Shown here: positions 59,078 to 64,000 of the stretch, one piece after another
How positions within the stretch are numbered: the stretch's first letter is position 1
Layout of the letters: each line of letters starts with the position of its first letter
Notes under the pieces: generated by a model
Databases searched by the model: none
What the model saw: only the letters and a program-made list of their open reading frames with translations
What the model was told of the DNA's origin: nothing
Made by a program: the position numbers and the translations under genes
DNA from: Alloascoidea hylecoeti
Taxonomy: Eukaryota
Direction of reading: 5' to 3'
Length of the DNA: 64,000 nucleotides
NCBI GenBank assembly: GCA_001600815.1
Contig: BCKZ01000003.1
Coordinates: 686,581 to 750,580, forward strand

Positions 59078-62000
59078 ATGTCCGTCCCCGCCCCTGTCCC
59101 CATCGTCACCCCGGCCTCGTCCGTCCCCTCGGCCGTCGCCCAAAATAACGCCCTTCTGGAAAAAATGCACAGAGACCCGCGATTTGGCCCCTACAACCTC
59201 AGCTCCGTCCTGGGCCAAGGTGAGTTCGGCAAGGTAATGCTGGGCTGGAACAGAGAACCCACCGACGAGTTCCATCCGCAGCAGGTATGTCGTTGCGTTT
59301 CGCTTGCGTTTCGCTTGCGCTGCGCTTGTGTTTCTCCCTCTTCTTTTCTAAACTAACTTCGCGTGCCTTTTATTTACTTTTCAATTTTAGGTTGCAATAA
59401 AACTCATTAAACGTGAATCCGTCCCTCCAGGCTCAACCAGAGAAATCAAAGTACATCGTGAAATCAACGCCCTTAAAAAATTAAACCACCCAAATATCGC
59501 CTACCTAATAGATGTTTTCAAAGATAAAAAATATATTGGTATAGTCATGGAATATTATTCGGGTGGTGAATTATTTGAATATATTTTACGTAAAAAAAGA
59601 TTAAAAGAACCAATGGCAAGAAAATTATTTGCTCAATTAATAAGTTCTGTAAATTATATGCATTCTCAAGGTATTGTTCATCGTGATTTAAAATTAGAAA
59701 ATTTATTATTGGATAAACATGAAAATATTATTGTTACGGATTTTGGTTTTGCAAATGCTTTTAAAAAAAATAATGATGGTACTTATTCCGAATTAATGTC
59801 AACTTCTTGTGGTTCTCCTTGTTATGCTGCTCCTGAATTAGTTATATCAAATCATAGGTATGCAAGTAGAAAAGCTGATATTTGGTCCTGTGGTGTTATA
59901 TTATATGCAATGTTAGCTGGTTATTTACCCTTTGATGATGACCCTCAAAATCCTGAAGGTGATAATATAACAAGATTATATAAATATATTACAAATACAA
60001 AATTAACTTTCCCTGATTATGTTAATGTTATTGCAAGAGATTTATTAAGAAAAATTATTGTTGTTGATCCAATAAAAAGATCAAAAATGAAACAAATTAT
60101 TATTCATCCATGGTTATCTCCATATTCAGATTTTTTGGCAATTCCTCCAAATGAATGGAATCATAAAAAAAGAATTTCTTCGAGACAATTAAAATCGGTT
60201 ACAAGAGTTGATCATCCTTCAAGAGCCCAATCAATGATTTTACCTGATTCAAAATCTTTAGTTTCTAATTTATTACATTCACAATTACCACAAAAAAGTA
60301 GGCAAAGATTTGCATCAAATGGTGAAAATTTAACATCATCAAAAACAGCAACAACAACAACAATTGAATCTACTTTATCAAATAATCGTAATCATCCTAC
60401 AATTGTTAAATCTGCAACAACTAGTAAAATACCAACTCCTTTAAATATACCTTTATTACCACCACGTTCAAAAACTCCTTTACAATCTCCAACTTCTCCA
60501 AATGCTCCATCATTTTTATCAGGTGCTGGTTCACCAATTCATGTTCAATTCCCACCATCTGTTTCCGTTTTAAGACGTCCAACTGGTCCAAGAAATCCAA
60601 GACCAATTTCTTATCAGCCTGTACAACAACAACAAACTGGTGCTTATCTTTTTAATATTAATCAAGATTCAAAAGATGATAAAGATTCAAATGAAAATAT
60701 TGATAGTAATGATTTAGATAATAAAAATCAAAGTAATATTAATACTGTTAATTCTTTAAGTTTATTTGCTTCTAGTACAAGTTCAAGAAGAACATCTAAA
60801 AAGAATATTGAAGAAGAAAATGAAGTTGAAAATTCAAATTCAAATTCAAATTCAAATTCAAATGGAATTGAAATTGAAATGGAAAATGATTCAGATACTG
60901 AAGAACATGAACATAAATTACCACCAATTCCAAAACAAACATCTTCATCAATTGAAAATACAAATGATGAAGTTAATTATACTTTAGATCCAAAAGCTTC
61001 AAGAACTTCTTCAATTTTTACACATACTAATAATTCTTTATTATCAAAACCAAGTAATAATAATAATATTAATAAAAATAAATCAATTTCTAAAAAATCA
61101 ATTGAAACTACAAGTACTACTAATAAAAATGATAATAATTTGGAAATTTTACAAAAGAAAATTCAAGAACCTTTATCACCAGAATTACAATTAAATTCTC
61201 CAATGGCTTCACAAAGAGAATCATTAGCTGAATTAATGAATCATGATTCAAAAGATAAAAATAAAGATGAAATGGATTTAGATTTACCTACTTTACCTCC
61301 ATTTAGTGAATCAACTATATCTGTTTGTGTCAATTCTCCAACTTCTGAAAATAAAGAAATTCAAGTCCAAAAAATTGGTAATAGAGTTATTAGTATTAGT
61401 AGTAATGGTTTTGGTATGAATATGAATGTTGATGAAGTTGATTTAAGAAAATCTGGTAGTTATAAAAGATATACTCATAAAGTAAGTAGAACAACAAGTA
61501 TTAAAACTTCAAATTCAACTCGTACTGCTCAAAGTATTGGTGGTACATCTGCTGAAGTTAAACGTGAAGCAAGTCTTAAAAGATATTCTCATGCTAAAAA
61601 TGATACTAAGAAGCAACCAGTACCTCCTTTACCAATTCGAAACTCTTCTGATTTACAATTATTACAATCACCTGAGGATGGTGATGATAATGATGATGAA
61701 GAAGAACCACAAAATAAAGCTTTCTTTGAAAGTGTTAGTGGTAATAAATCAAGTGAAGAAGAAATTGTTTCTTCTGCTGTTAGGAAATCTTTATCACCTA
61801 GTATTAAAGAAAATAAAAAAGAAACTTTTGAATTAGAACCTTCAAATACTGTTCCAAATACTAAACCATATCTTTTAAGTGGTGTTGATGGTTATACAAG
61901 TTATGATAATGTTGATAATAATGATCATAAAAGAAGTACTAGTTTAGGTGCAAAATTTATTCGTCAATTTTCAATTAAAAATAGAACTCAAGATTCTGAT

Positions 62001-62621
62001 GAAATGATTGAACATAAAGTTTCAACAACTGCAAATACAAGTTCAACTGAAGTTCATATTGAAACAAAATCAAATAAATCAAATGCACCAAGTTCAAATT
62101 CAAAAATGTCAAATTATAAAAAAAGATTTTCATTAATTAGAGTTGGTACTCATGGTAATAAAAGTACAACATCTGTTACATCACAAAAGAAAAATAAATT
62201 TAAATCTCATCATACAAGAAATAATACTGAAATGGATGGTGGTTATCCATTAGCTAATACAAATAAATCAAAAGAATCTAAAAATTCAAAAGGTCCTGGT
62301 CATGCCCATAGATATAGTTTTTCATTATCTTTCATATCTGTTCCATTTAGTCATTCAAAAAGAGAAAGTGTTTCAAGTTCTGGTACAACTACAACTAATA
62401 CAACTGGTCAATCAAGAGCATCTGCAACTGCAACTGGACCTGGTAAATCACAAAAATCAAAAAAATCACATGCTAAATCCCCATTGGAACATCCAGTTAT
62501 GATTCCAAGGGCATCAACAACAGATCATCTTCCAATAAATGAAAAAAGTTCTCATTTAAAGCATAATAAAGGTCGAAAATTTATTAATTTTTTAAAAAGA
62601 AATACTACAAAAGTTCATTAA
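59078..62621 (+). CDS. KIN4: Kin4/Frk1-like Ser/Thr protein kinase; exons 59078-59284, 59391-62621
   Basis: [13 protein letters not shown], intron [54 protein letters not shown] and [17 protein letters not shown]. Confidence 0.9.
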
Positions 62622-63494
62622 ATTTAAAAATTCTAAAATTTGAAATTTAAAAATAATAGTTGCTGGATTCCACTATTATATATTCTGTTGTTATCTATTA
62701 TAATGTTTGTGTCTCTCATTTTTTTAACATTAGTATTTTCTTCATAATTATAAAGGTTTATAAAAGGAAAAGGTTGCATGGATAAAACTGAAAAAAAAAA
62801 AAAGAAAAGAAAGAAGGAAGAAGGTACTTTATTTTTATTTTTATTTTTATTTTTATTTTTATTTTTATTTTACTTTGAATTTATTTCCTTATTTGAATTT
62901 TATTTTCATTTTCATTTTCATTTTCATTTCACTTCATTTCATTTCATTTTATTTTTCTTGTTTTTGTCTTTTCATTCATTAATGATCAATCATATATTTA
63001 TTTTGTTTTTTAATGTTGTAGTTCACATTGACTCTATATCTTTCCTTTTCTTTTTCCTTTTTCTTTTTCTAATTTCACTTTTTGTTAATATTACCAATGA
63101 TATTTAATTTGTTGGTTAATGTTAACCTATATAATTACTTATACATGGCACTATTTGATTATAATTACGTCCTAATATTCATCTTTGCATTTCACTTATT
63201 ATTTCAATATCTTTTTTTTTTTTTTTTTATCCAACTAAGTTTCATTCACTTATCTATATTTGTGGAACTTTCCATTCGGATTGCTTTTTTTTTATTTTTA
63301 TTTCTTGTCTTTCATCTTTTATTAATCTTATAATTACTTATCTAATTTGATTTTGTTGATTGTTTTTTCATCATTTTTTATCTTTTCCTGTTAATCATTT
63401 TATCTCTCTCTACCAAAAAATTAAACAGAAGACTAAAAAATTGTTTATAGTTTTTTTTGCCCACACCCTCTCATCATACATGTTTTTTTCACAC

Positions 63495-63496
<2 letters not shown>

Positions 63497-63542
<46 letters not shown>
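63497..63542. repeat. (TAT)n microsatellite
   Basis: Directly visible. Confidence 0.9.
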
Positions 63543-63543
<1 letters not shown>

Positions 63544-64000
63544 AAAAAAAAATTTATTTGAAATTTAATCAAGTGGTATTTGTTAACCAGTCATAAGTAC
63601 TAAGATCTATATATTTTGTTCTTGCTATTGTTGTTATTATTAGTTTTTACAATTTGGCTGATTTTGTAATTTGCGCAAGTAATCATCATGAGTTCTTTAT
63701 TTTTTTAAAATTTGCTATCCTCATATCTCTTTGTTATTGTTTGCTTTATATTGTTATAAAAAAGAAAATAACAACAATAATAATAATATCCTTAAACTAA
63801 AAAAGAAAAAACTATGTTATAAAAAGATGCTTTTAAATTTTGCAATTTGTTGTTTTAAAAATTAATTTGATTTTTAATTTGTATTTCGAAACTTTCAAAA
63901 TTATTCATATCCTATTGTTATGTTTTTATAATTACACTATTTAATACTTGTTTTTTTCAAGTTTTGTTCTAATAGCTAGCAATAGTTTATAATTAATCTT

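Noticed and set aside
58219..59275. Many overlapping ORFs in the GC island
   Set aside because: Stop-poor GC-rich DNA produces long spurious frames. Only the BLI1-like ORF and KIN4 exon 1 have support.
62778..63596. Phe/Leu/Tyr-rich ORFs after KIN4
   Set aside because: They are products of T-rich simple repeats.

Overview
This is AT-rich nuclear DNA from a budding-yeast-like fungus (Saccharomycotina-type gene set). CTG is read as Leu at conserved positions. About 20 protein genes are present, and 9 of them carry a total of 12 short spliceosomal introns, which I reconstructed by hand and which extend or join the supplied ORFs. Gene order: TOP1(-), SIN3(+), PFA4(-), PEX1(-), PRD1-like M3 peptidase(+), HAD/Swiss-army-knife RNA-repair-like gene(+), GPI cell-wall gene A(-), SAP30(+), GPI cell-wall gene B(-), GXS1/HGT12-like sugar porter(-), MEC3(-), secreted PL4 rhamnogalacturonan lyase(-), 2-RRM prion-like protein(+), ICL1(+), orphan coiled-coil gene(-), NEO1(+), 3-RRM protein(-; C-terminus in a 90-N gap), AP-1 mu subunit(+), BLI1-like(-), KIN4(+). 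The most notable observations are: a PL4 pectin lyase in a yeast near a Gxs1-like transporter; a Pfa4 palmitoyltransferase with a DHYC motif that has lost all four ligands of the second zinc site; a sharp GC-rich island in very AT-rich DNA; a structured non-coding segment with a Reb1-type site and a 22-bp direct repeat; a perfect 27-bp inverted repeat; and a local duplication of a GPI gene. I recognised no tRNA, rRNA, CRISPR array or intact transposon. All gene names come from recalled motif similarity, not from database searches.
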